From: Takakia lepidozioides
Taxonomy: Eukaryota > Plantae > Bryophyta
Reading direction: 5' to 3'
Assembly (NCBI GenBank): GCA_030704615.1
Contig: CM060734.1
Coordinates: 53,072,001 to 53,136,000, forward strand
Length of the DNA: 64,000 nt
The translations under genes and the position numbers were made by a program. Below are positions 1 to 10,871 of this stretch, one piece after another (position 1 is the first letter of the stretch; every line of letters begins with the position of its first letter). The notes below the pieces were generated by a model. That model did no database searches. It was not told the DNA's origin and saw only the letters and a list, made by a program, of their open reading frames with translations.

Positions 1-760
1 ACCAATGGGAAATCCTAGACCACCGCCGCCGGGAAACAAACCTACGCCACTGGGATGTCCTGGAAAGCCACCATTGGGAAATCCCGTACCGCCGCCGCCG
101 CCGGGGAACAAATTGGGATAACCTCCGAAATGTCCAAAACTTCCAAACGGATGAGGATGGCCTAGGAATGGATGTTTAGCGTCGAAGTACTTCATATTAC
201 CATACCCGCTTGCCGATGCCATAGCTTCTAGAGGAGGCACACCGGGAAATCCTGGAAAACCACCACTGGGATATCCTCCAAAGCCACCAAGGGGATGTCC
301 TGGAAAGCCGCCACTGGGATATCCTGGGAAGCCACCACTAGGAAATCCTGGACTGCTGCCGCCGGGAAACAAACCGGGATCACCTCCGAAATGTCCAATA
401 CTTCCTCCTCCGACACTGGGATGTCCTGGAAAGCCACCACTGGGATATCCTGGAAAGCCACCAATGGGATGTCCTGGAAAGCCAACACTCGGATATCCTG
501 GAAAGCCACCACTGGGAAATCCTCGACTACCGCCGCCGGGAAACAAACCGGGATCACCTCCGAAATGACCAATACTTCCTCCCCCGCCACTGGGATATCC
601 TGGGAAGCCACCACTGGGATATCCTGGAAGGCCACCACTGGGATATCCTGGGAAGCCACCACTGGGATATCCTGGAAGGCCACCACTGGGATATCCTGGG
701 AAGCCACCACTGGGATATCCTGGAAGGCCATCACTGGGAAATCCTGGACCGAGGCCGCCG
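1..760. repeat. Coding 24-bp tandem repeat (GCCACCACTGGGATATCCTGGAAA-like) with a ~180-bp higher-order unit
   Basis: The unit is directly visible. The linker 'gggaaacaaaccgggatcacctccgaaatg' recurs at about 364 and 538. Confidence 0.9.
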
Positions 761-1116
761 ATATTGGGATAATCTCCGACATGTCCAAATCTTCCATGAC
801 TTTTTTCACTACTATTGAGGTTATTGCCAATACCTCCATCAGGAATTCCTTCATCGCTTGGATTTCTACTCTGAGAACCATCACCATCGGGCCCTAGAGG
901 ACTTCCTAGGGCTCCAAGATCATGACCAACAGAAGGCCCAAAACTACTCAAATGACTAGGATCACTAGCTTTGTTGTTGAGGTCCAAATCACCTAGCACA
1001 ACACCCTCTGAATCATGCTTGTTCCCAACACCTTCACTTGCAGCTTGCACACTCCCTATTAACAAAATCAGAAACAAGAGGGAAGGCACCATACAAATTT
1101 GTTGCACGGTCTTCAT
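1..1116 (-). CDS. Secreted glycine/proline-rich repeat protein, probably cell-wall structural; 3' end lies outside the window
   Basis: Manual translation of the minus frame absent from the ORF track. ATG at 1116, signal-peptide-like MKTVQQICMVPSLLFLILLIGSVQA, then open for 372 codons to base 1 with many (F/L)PG(Y/H)PSGG repeats and GHFGGDPGLFPGG linkers. In-frame TGA just upstream of the ATG; TATATAAA about 115 nt upstream. Confidence 0.85.
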   Translation of the reverse strand, partial: MKTVQQICMVPSLLFLILLIGSVQAASEGVGNKHDSEGVVLGDLDLNNKASDPSHLSSFGPSVGHDLGALGSPLGPDGDGSQSRNPSDEGIPDGGIGNNLNSSEKSHGRFGHVGDYPNIGGLGPGFPSDGLPGYPSGGFPGYPSGGLPGYPSGGFPGYPSGGLPGYPSGGFPGYPSGGGGSIGHFGGDPGLFPGGGSRGFPSGGFPGYPSVGFPGHPIGGFPGYPSGGFPGHPSVGGGSIGHFGGDPGLFPGGSSPGFPSGGFPGYPSGGFPGHPLGGFGGYPSGGFPGFPGVPPLEAMASASGYGNMKYFDAKHPFLGHPHPFGSFGHFGGYPNLFPGGGGGTGFPNGGFPGHPSGVGLFPGGGGLGFPIG

Positions 1117-1229
1117 TGCAAGCAATCAATCCTTTAGCTGGACCTAAACCTCTTCCTCTCTTCCCAACTCTATAGCAAGATCACGCAGACGCACACACAA
1201 GTTGTTGGTAAGCCGCTCCAAAGACTTAG

Positions 1230-1237
1230 TTTATATA
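1230..1237 (-). promoter_or_regulatory. TATA box of the Gly/Pro-rich gene
   Basis: TATATAAA on the minus strand upstream of ATG 1116. Confidence 0.55.
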
Positions 1238-1395
1238 GTGATTGAAGGCCAAGGCCTTGAGCAGCATACTGATAAACATAGCTGCTGTTGGGCACTATAG
1301 TAGTGTCCATAGATTTTTCTTTTCTTAAAAAAAGAAAAAAGAAAAGTGTCTTCGGACTCAGTTTTCTTGTTTTTCTCTTTTCTTTTCTTTTCTTT

Positions 1396-4018
1396 TCTCC
1401 AAATTTAGATATGATGTCACCATGGACCTCTCTGCCCTTTTCCAGGGCTCCTAGGCTGGAACATGCATTGAGAACACAAATGAAAGTGACCTTGTTGGGC
1501 TTCACCCCCTCCTGTTGCATCTGCTCGTAGATCTGGACAGCCTCCCTACCACACCCATGTTGGGCATATCCTGCTATCATCACACTCCATGAGACCACAT
1601 TTCGTTTAGCCATACTGTCAAATACTTGTTGCGCATCCCTCATGCTCCCGCATTTGGCGTACATGTCAACAAGGACAGTCTCCAAATTTATATATGGTGC
1701 AATTCCAACTTTAATAATGTCACCATGGACGACTTTCCCCATTTCCAAGGCTCCTAGGCTGGCAAAAGCATTGATAACACAAACGAAATGTGACCCTGTC
1801 GGGCTTCACACCTTGTTGTTGCATTTGTTCATAGATATTGAAAGCCTCCCTGCCACAACCGTGTTGAGCATATCCTGTTATCCTGGCATTCCATGATACC
1901 ACATCTGGTTTGGCCATATTGTCAAATACGTGATGGGCATCCCTCATGCTTCCACATTGGCATCCATGTCCACAAGGCTATTCTCCAAGTTTACATAGGA
2001 CACAATTCCAGCTTTGATTATGTCAGAATGGATGTCTTTACCCTTTTGCAGGGCTCCTAGGCTAGCACACACTCTGAGAACACAAATGAATGTGACTCTG
2101 TCAGGCATGACCCCCTCTCGTTGCATTTATGCTTGGCATATCCTGCCATCATTGTTGTCCATGTACACAGATCTCGTTGAGACATTTTGTCAAATACTCG
2201 GCGTGCAGCCACAACACTCCCACATTTGGCATACATTTTAACAAGGGTGCTGAGTAGAAAGATGCTTGGCTCCAATCCACTTTGAACAATGTGGGCATGC
2301 ACCTGCAAGGCCTTTCATTCTGATGCACTCTTGCAAGAGAGACAGATAAGTATTGCAGTCTGCCCTTGTTCAAAATGTGCAGCGCCTCTTTCAGTCGTCC
2401 TGTCTTACATAGTTCCCTCACAACCCCACAAGCACAAGAGGAGTCCTCGATATGTCCCTCTAGTCGTTCTTTTTCAATAGAAGTGATGATTGTGAAGGTG
2501 CTATCCCTTCCACCAAATTTTTGTCCAACAACCAACTGTGCTTGATTCACCCCTGCCTTCCTGCATGACCCGTGATTCTTAGTTACAAGCCTATATACTC
2601 AAACCTGTAGACTCAAACTCAAATGATGTATCTGAAAGCTCCCAGGGACTTAGAAGGAAGAGGGCAGGCTTCTTACGACAGATTAGCAAAGTTGCAAAGA
2701 CTACTAAAGTCATTTAGATTGCATATGACCTGTGCCAATTCTGTTTATTTGAGGTTAGAATGCATAATCAGCATCAAAACAAAACCTGTTGTATTCTTGG
2801 CCTGGAGCTCCATGGTGTAATCATCACCTCGTTGTGCTTGACGTGCAGCTAGCTCTGATTTCACCCAAGGAGGGTTCGACCAATTCTCAATCCAAAGGAC
2901 CTCCTTTGTGTGGTTATGTTGGCAATCTGGAGTTCTCTGTGCAAACCACGATGTGGCAGCTGAACAACCATATAGCATCAATGAAAGCCTTGCAAAGACC
3001 AGGGTACAACCACCAAAGAATAACAACCTACTGATACCAACAGTTGGTTGCATTTCGAAAACAAAGGGGGATGTTAAGCAAATGGAGAGACATTCCACAC
3101 AACATCAGCATGCCCAAATTTAAAAGCGCTCCTTGCCAAGCTCTTCCATGTCCTGGATGAAGAAAGCCTTACCTTGTCTGACCACTCCAAAGGATCTGAG
3201 AAAAACCCATGCAAAACTGTTCTATGCTCATTGCTTGGCCTGCATGCCAGAACTTGATAAGAAATGATAACTTCGCCAGATTCTGATTGGGGCAGTCTCT
3301 CTTGTGCGAGTGTAGCTTCAGGGACCATTTCAGCAAGTCTCTTTCTATTCCTCATACCCACAGCAAACATAAAACAAGGGTTTAGGGGAAGATTTTGAAG
3401 GAGTTTGAATTGGGTAACTACCAAGCTAGATTAATTGTCGCTCATATTGACATTCCTCTAATGGAGCTCCATGTTCACACCAGAATGATAGCCATACAAT
3501 GACATCCATCCATGATGACATTTTGCTCAAAATGGAGTCAAGGTAGCTAGCTCTGCAAGCAGCATTAAACTGACTTCCAATTCAAAGCACCTTTTTTGTA
3601 TACTGTCTGGTAATCTTGAGTTTTTCATGAAAAGCACCGCGCTGCAAATGGGCAGCAATAGCTTTAACTACCACCTTGTATAGACCTGGCTATAACCACA
3701 GAAACTCTACAAGCGAGAGTCTTTTGACAAGAGTCTGCAACAAAACAACTTCAAGCTACTGTGGATTCACAAAAATCATCTGACAAAAGACCCAGACACA
3801 GATCATCAATTGAAACCATTGTCCACCACTGCAAAGGATCAGAGGTGATGTCCTGCCAAAGCTGTTCGATACTTACAGCTTGACCTGCAACACCAGCAAC
3901 ACATAGATTTTCAGCAGATCCTAATTCTCTCTGGCTCTCTGGGCTCTCTCCACGCACAGCGTGACTGGCGGTGCCAATTGTCAGGGCTAGAGCAGCATTA
4001 TTTTTTTCCTGGTGCCAG
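1396..4018 (-). pseudogene. Inverted, frameshifted, 3'-truncated copy of the PDF-motif/PPR gene at 5498-8379
   Basis: Reverse complement of 5498-8379. The PPR frame is broken into ORF pieces 2149-2550, 2057-2308, 1944-2126, 1720-1947 and 1170-1748. PDF exons are retained (SIEQLWQDITSDPLQWW near 3830-3880; RTPDCQHNHTKEVLWIENWSNPPWVKSEL near 2850-2937). Homology stops at 1396 in a T-rich tract. Confidence 0.9.
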
Positions 4019-5637
4019 AACTATACCACCTCTTCTAACTGTCCATGGAATCTATGGCAACGACAACCTTTCTCTCTCTCCCCCTCGATATACCAGAAGA
4101 TTCCAGGGGATACAAGAGAAGCTTATGGAAGGAGGACAACGTTGTTGTTGACGATTACACTCACGTTTCTCTACATTCCCATTTATGCCCACAAAGTGAA
4201 TCCCTAGCTGGGTCCTTGAGAATTTGGAGCCTGGAGCACTCCGCGCAAAAGGCTACCAGAATGTACCTTTCTTGAGTCTCCCTGCAGGCTGAGGAGGCGT
4301 CACAACCATCACTTGCAAGGGTCTCGGGTTCAGCTCCACGGCCCGGTCCATTAATCTGCTGCACGATGTGAGGCTCCCCGCCCTTCCACCCAAGAAGACA
4401 GGGCCTTCGATAAGTCTTCAGATTGCGCGAACAGAAGTTGCCCCGAGTACGTTGTCGTAAAGAAAAGATGAAGTGGAAACGAGTAGCAACAAAACCGCAA
4501 CAAGAAAGAGATCGAAGGGGACTGCTACAAATTTCAAGCCATCGTGGCAGTGGGAACCTTCACATATTCCCTGTGGGCATGACGACAATCGCAACATCCC
4601 CAGTTGGACTGTGGATTGTGAACCGTATAAGTAGAGAGCCCTCGTCCTCAGGTGAGATTGAGTTTGCAGGTGATCGTTTGCCCGTGTGACGGCCCGAAAG
4701 ATTTCGCTGATTTCCCCCTGCATTTCTTGGTTTGAAAGTATGAAGTGTCCCCTGAAAAGCTAACCTCAGCCCATGTCCATGTCAGCTCCACATCCGTCCA
4801 ACTCCAGCGTTTCCCCTCGCGGGGATGGTAGCGTGCTGCTGAGCGTACGGGTTGACGCAACATTGAAGGCCCTGTCATTTCCTTCCGAGGAATGGGTGGG
4901 AGGCGTTGTGTCATGCAGCAGATTGACGGGTCAGGCTGTGGAGCTGAAATGGACACTCAGCTTTGCAATGCAAGGGCTGAGACGGTTACAAATGATGGTT
5001 CTGACGACTCCCCACCCTCCCTGGATTTCAAACAGAGGTGGATATATGTGAGTATCTGCTCAGTTTTCTGGTTATCTGAATTGTGTGCTTTTGCAGCGAT
5101 CTGGGTCCGAATTGGCTTGTCATGGTCTGACAACGGCTGGTGAGTATACACGATACCGTAGTTCTCCTCCATCAGCACTGAATATTTGAAGCTTCTGGTA
5201 TAGTATGGTCCTCTGAGGAATGATTGAGAAAGAGAGTCTTACATGTCTAGCTTGCGTCGATGGATCCGGTGGGATGCTCACCAGGTTTCTCTCAGGTGGG
5301 AATCATTACTGGGCGTTCTGGTTATCATGTCACTCCCACGAGGACTCAAATCCTATAGCAGGACCAGTGCAGAGCCAAAATTGCCAGTGTGTGAATATCG
5401 GTATAGAAAGATCCTTGAAGGTGGGCTTTGTTCCCCTGAAGGCGTACATAAATGGCATAGCTCTTGTGCACAATCAGTTAGAAGAGGTGGTATAGGCCTG
5501 GCACCAGGAAAAAAAATAATGCTGCTCTAGCCCTGACAATTGGCACCGCCAGTCACGCTGTGCGTGGAGAGAGCCCAGAGAGCCAGAGAGAATTAGGATC
5601 TGCTGAAAATCTATGTGTTGCTGGTGTTTTGATGCCG

Positions 5638-6115
5638 GTCAAGCTGTAAGTATCGAACAGCTTTGGCAGGACATCACCTCTGATTCTTTGCAGTGGTGGA
5701 ACAACAGGTCTGATAAGGTGAGGCTATCTTAATTGTTACCCAAAGCATTCATCGGTCCTAGAACAAAGCATGTTAATCCCTTGTTTTACAAAGCAGGGAT
5801 GAAGCTAAAAAGTGGACAATGGTTTCAATTACTTCACTCAGTGAGAATTGATGATCTGTGTCTGGGTTTTTTGTCAGATGACTTTTGTGAATCCACAGTA
5901 TCTTGAAGTTGTTTTGTTGCAGACTCTTGTCAAAAGACTCTGGCTTGTAGAGTTTCTGTGGTTATAGCCCGGTCTATACAAGGTGGTAGTTAAGGCTATT
6001 GCTGCCCATTTGCAGCGCGGTATTTTTCATGAAAAACTCAAGATTACCAGACAGTATACAAAAAAGGTGCTTTGAATTGGAAGTCAGTTAAATGCTGCTT
6101 GCAGAGCTAGCTACC
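5638..6115 (+). pseudogene. Degenerate upstream PDF-motif exon pair of PPR gene 1
   Basis: 5638-5717 encodes GQAVSIEQLWQDITSDSLQWWNNRSDK followed by a GTGAGG donor. About 6032-6115 reads KNSRLPD..YTKKVL*IG, with an indel and Trp changed to TGA. Confidence 0.65.
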
Positions 6116-6482
6116 TTGACTCCATTTTGAGCAAAATGTCATCATGGATGGATGTCATTGTATGGCTATCATTCTGGTGTGAACATGGAGCTCCATTGAG
6201 ATTTCACAACAGAAGTCTAGATGCTGATTGGATGGTAGCTTATAGTCTAAGGGCAGAGTCTGGTCAAATATGGGCTGTGGAGGAATGTCAATATGATCGG
6301 CAATCAATCTAGCTTGGTAGTTACCCCATTCAAACTCCTTCAATATCTTTTATGTTTGCTGTGGGTATGAGGAATAGAAAGAGACTTGGTGAAATGGTCC
6401 CTGAAGCTACACTCGCACAAGAGAGACTTCCCCAATCAGAATCTGGCAAAGTTATCATTTCTTATCAAGTTCTGGCATGCAG

Positions 6483-8858
6483 GCCAAGCAATGAGCATAG
6501 AACAGCTCTGGCATGGGTTTTTCTCAGATCCTTTGCAGTGGTCAGACAAGGTAAGGCTATCTTCATCTAGGACATGGAAGAGTTTGGCAAGGAGGGCTTG
6601 TAAATTTGGCATGCTGATGTTGTGTGGAATGTCTCTCCATTTGCTTAACATCCCTCTTTGTTTTCGAAATGCAACCAACTGTTGGTATCAGTAGGTTGCT
6701 ATTCTTTGGTGGTTGTACCCTGGTCTTTGCAAGGCTTTCATTTATGCTATTTCAGCTGCCACATCGTGGTTTCCACAGAGAACTCCAGATTGCAGACATA
6801 ATCACACAAAGGAGGTCCTTTGGATTGAGAATTGGTCGAAACCTCCTTGGGTGAAATCAGAGCTAGCTGCATGTCAAGCACAACGAGGTGACGTTTCTGA
6901 TGTGGACATACACCATGGAGCTCCAGGCCAAGCATACAACAGGTTTTGTTTTGATGCTGATTATGCATTCTAACCTCAAATAAACAGAATTGGTACAGGT
7001 CATATGCAATTGCTAATCTGTTGTAAGCAGCCTGCCCTCATCCTTCAAAGTCCCTAGGAGCTTTCAGATATATCATTTGAGTTTGAGTCTACAGGTTTGA
7101 GTATATAGGTTTGTAACTAACAATCACGGGTCATGCAGGAAGGCAGGGGTGAATCAAGCACAGTTGGTTGTTGGACAGAAATTTGGTGGAAGGGATAGCA
7201 CCGTCACTATCATCACTTCTATTGAAAAAGAACGACAAGAGGGACATATCGAGGACTCCTCTTGTGCTTGTGGGGTTGTGAGGGAACTCTGTAAGGCAGG
7301 ACGACTGAAAGAGGCGCTGCACATTTTGAACAATCAACGTATGAGGGCAGACTCCAATACTTATCTGTCTCTCTTGCAGGAGTGCATCAAAATGAAAGGC
7401 CTTGCAGAGGGAATGCAGGTGCATGCCCACATTGTTCAAAGTGGATTTAAGCCAAGCATCTTTCTACTCAGCACCCTTGTCAAAATGTATGCCAAATGTG
7501 GGAGTGTTGTGGCTGCACGCCGAGTATTTGACAAAATGTCTCAACGAGATCTGTGTACATGGACAATAATGATGGCAGGATATGCCAAGCATGGGCATAC
7601 TGAGGAGGCTTTTAAAATGTATGAGCAAATGCAACGAGAGGGGGTCATGCCTGACAGAGTCACGTTCATTTGCGTTCTCAATGTGTGTGCTAGCCTAGGA
7701 GCCCTGCAAAAGGGTAAAGACATCCATTCTGACATAATCAAAGCTGGAATTGTGTCCTATGTAAACTTGGAGAATAGCCTTGTTGACATGTATGCCAAAT
7801 GTGGAAGCATGAGGGATGCACATCACGTATTTGACAATATGGCCAAACCAGATGTGGTATCATGGAATGCCATGATAACAGGATATGCTCAACACGGTTG
7901 TGGCAGGGAGGCTTTCAATATCTATGAACAGATGCAACAACAAGGTGTGAAGCCCGACAGGGTCACATTCGTTTGTGTTATCAATGCTTGTGCCAGCCTA
8001 GGAGCCCTGGAAATGGGGAAAGTCGTCCATGGTGACATTATTAAAACTGGAATTGCACCATATATAAATTTGGAGACTGCCCTTGTTGACATGTACGCCA
8101 AATGCGGGAGCATGAGGGATGCGCAACAAGTATTTGACAGTATGGCTAAACGAAATGTGGTCTCATGGAGTGTGATGATAGCAGGATATGCCCAACATGG
8201 GTGTGGTAGGGAGGCTGTCCAGATCTACGAGCAGATGCAACAGGAGGGGGTGAAGCCCAACAAGGTCACTTTCATTTGTGTTCTCAATGCATGTTCCAGC
8301 CTAGGAGCCCTGGAAAAGGGCAGAGAGGTCCATGGTGACATCATCAAAACTGGAACTGCATCATATCTAAATTTGGAGACTGCCCTTATCGATATGTATG
8401 CCAAATGTGGGAGCATGAAGGATTCACATCAGGTGTTTGACAATATAGCTAAAAGAGATGTGGTCTTATGGAATGCGATGATTGCAGGTTGTGCCCAGCA
8501 TGGTTGTGGTAGGGAGGCCCTGCAACTATTTGAACAACTGCAACAGGAAGGCTTGAAGCCTGATGGTATCACCTTCACATCTCTGCTCGTCGCATGTAAC
8601 CATGTGGGCCTGGTGGATGAAGGCTGCCATTACTTTGATTCTATGAGTCATGCTCATGGCCTCATACCGAGAGTGGAGCATTTTGGCTGCATGGTTGACC
8701 TTCTAGGCCGTGCAGGACAATTGGATGCCGCAGAGGACTACATTAACAGAATGCCGATCAAACCAGATGCTTTCGTGTGGATGGCCTTGCTTGGTGCATG
8801 CAAAATTCACGGGGATGTGGAGCGAGCAGAACGAGCTGCAAATGCATTGTCAAATTGA
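6483..8858 (+). CDS. PPR gene 1: PDF motif plus 14-motif PLS-class PPR protein truncated after E1 (no intact DYW); true start not resolved
   Basis: Predicted exons 6483-6550 (MSIEQLWHGFFSDPLQWSDK|gt), 6779-6887 (RTPDCRHNHTKEVLWIENWSKPPWVKSEL..R G|gt) and 7147-8858. Phases 0 and 1 join in frame to the 569-aa PLS ORF ([40 protein letters not shown]). Confidence 0.8.
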
Positions 8859-9358
8859 ACCACAGGACTCGGCAGCTTATCTGCTGCTATTGAACATGTA
8901 TGCTGCACCTGCAAGGTGGGATGATAAATCAAAGGTGAGAAAAATGATGGATATCAGAGGTGTCAGATAGGAGGCAGGGTGCGGCTGCATAGAGGTAAAA
9001 AACAGGGTCCCTGTGTCTGTCGTAGAAGACTAGATGGAGGAAATCCATTCTGAGCTCCAAGGGACTGCCTGAATGGATGGAGGAGGCTGGATATGTGCCA
9101 TGGTTTGTCCTGCATGAGTTGAAAAGAGCAGCAGAAGGAATGTTTCCTTCACCATCACTGTGTGAAGCTGGCTATTGTATTTGGGCTCATCAGCACTGGG
9201 ACTCCTGTCTGGCCATTTATAATCATCGGGTGTGTGGTGACTGCAACTCTGCCATAAGTTCATATTGGAGATTATTGGACAAGCAGTTGTTCTAAAGGAA
9301 TGCCAAGTGTTTTCACCATTTCCGAGATGGGCTGTGTTCTTGTGGTGGTTACTGGTGA
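8859..9358 (+). pseudogene. Decayed E2/E+/DYW deaminase region of PPR gene 1
   Basis: Fragments across frames: PQDSAAYLLLLNMYAA..RWD..KVRKMM, EAGCGCIEV, EAGYVP, HHCVKLA (HSE lost), RVCGDC, FHHFRDGLCSCGGYW-TGA. Several stops and frameshifts. Confidence 0.9.
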
Positions 9359-9548
9359 AACAAGAAAACGGCATGAGAAAGTGGGATGCTTTAAGTTGGA
9401 GTGCAGACAGCTGGCAGTGAGTGTGTGAGTTACACATAGTGATTTTAACACGATGCATGGACGCATGGTATGGTGCAAAGTGCGAACTCCTCACAGCACT
9501 TACCTTGGTGCATAATGTTAGAGGGAAGTATTCTGGAGTATCCAACTC

Positions 9549-10135
9549 CAAGTACAGGTACCTGTACTTGTGCGTCATCGCGGAAAGAGTACACCTCCCG
9601 CTGCGTGAGACTGCCTGTTACTATGACTGTCATAGTGGAGGCTGGGTTCTAACCTGGTCCAACCCCTCCTTTGCAGAAGGCGAAGTACTACATTTGGAAC
9701 TTTTCACAAAACATTTACAAAAGAGTAATGTTCTAAAAAGCTGGCGTGTGAAAAAAATGGGCTCGTTCAATTTGCAGAGAGGTCTCGTCCAAACTGCAAA
9801 TTGGAAATCCTCTTAGGCGCACTGAGATTTGCTGATGAGGACGTCGCCATACGCCTCTGCCTGGGCCACTGATAGCAAACGGACACATGCTGATGGCAGA
9901 CTCCATGTCTGCTGAATGCGCTTGACTGGTTGGCCTGCAGAACCTGCACACTCCAAGAAATTAGAACAACCAGTTGTAAAGCAAGCCGGGGGAAATAAAA
10001 AGAAGTCTACACTATTATCGAGTATCGGACATGCACATGAAGGTTTACTATTAGACACACATTTGAGGGCTTTATGTGCCCCTCCCCCAAATAACAATTC
10101 AGTAACCCAAGTGTGTGCAGTTTCAGAGGCTCTTC
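9549..10135. repeat. Segments duplicated in inverted orientation at about 23443-23526 and 22790-23120
   Basis: 9549-9635 is the reverse complement of about 23443-23526. About 9785-10135 is the reverse complement of about 22790-23120. Confidence 0.8.
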
Positions 10136-10871
10136 AGTGCAAAACTTCCTAAGCAATGGTTGTGAAGTTGAAGATGGAATACTTTGAATGTGCTCTTCTT
10201 CTTGGAAGAGATGTTGTGTCTGTGGACTTGAAAGCCACAAGACTTCCGATCTTGATCTGATGGGACAATCTGAGGGGTCTCCCTATAGTTTAGAAAGTTC
10301 TCGCTTTTTCTTTAGCAATGCTGAATCGAGCTTTAGTACAGAATACTCCTCAATTGTTCTGCACGCAAGATTCCAAGTTGAGAATCAAGTGCGGCAGAAG
10401 TGTGCCATTTAAACTGTGGGGGCGTCGATGAAGCTGCATCGGCAGCATCTGGGCTTTTGAAGTTCATCTAACAATGCCTGAATTCGATCTAGAACGAGTT
10501 CTCTACCAGCACAACAATTGGTCCGGCAAAATTTTCTTGAACTATTAGTCCATATTTCATCATATTACCCTCCGTTGTTCATCCTCCTGAGAAAAACTTA
10601 AATGCCAATACCCAAGACCCAGGGTAAAAGACTCAGCGCCTTCCTCCCTAGTCGTTTTCAGAGACCACTCTACAATCTCCAGACTGCAAACTTAAGCTGG
10701 GTTAGCATCTGTGTAAGTCTGGACATGTTCGTTGTTCCTCATCGTGTAGAGCCCAATGGAGCCCAAAACAAGTTGCATGAATGTTGTTGAAAGCTCACTA
10801 GCACCCCTCAGTAAAGGACCTTGTCAAAATGTTGATGCTGTCGGATTTTCGAGCACAAACCTCTACCTTGG

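Noticed and set aside
241-760. Regular 24-bp repeats as a CRISPR-like array
   Set aside because: No unique spacers, coding periodicity, eukaryotic context and no cas genes.
228-897. ORF-track proteins (VAFQDIPV)n at 228-887 (-) and (WKATTGIS)n at 295-897 (+)
   Set aside because: Shadow frames of the 24-bp repeat. The third minus frame has the signal peptide, TATA box and longest open run.
4020-5497. Genes in the spacer of the PPR inverted repeat
   Set aside because: Only short stop-interrupted frames without recognisable domains; probably a decayed repeat.
10590-10870. SSB/OB-fold domain or defined transit peptide upstream of the PDF exons (i.e. a complete OSB gene)
   Set aside because: No recognisable OB-fold sequence, and I could not build a phase-consistent first exon for any of the three PPR genes. 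The N-termini remain unresolved.
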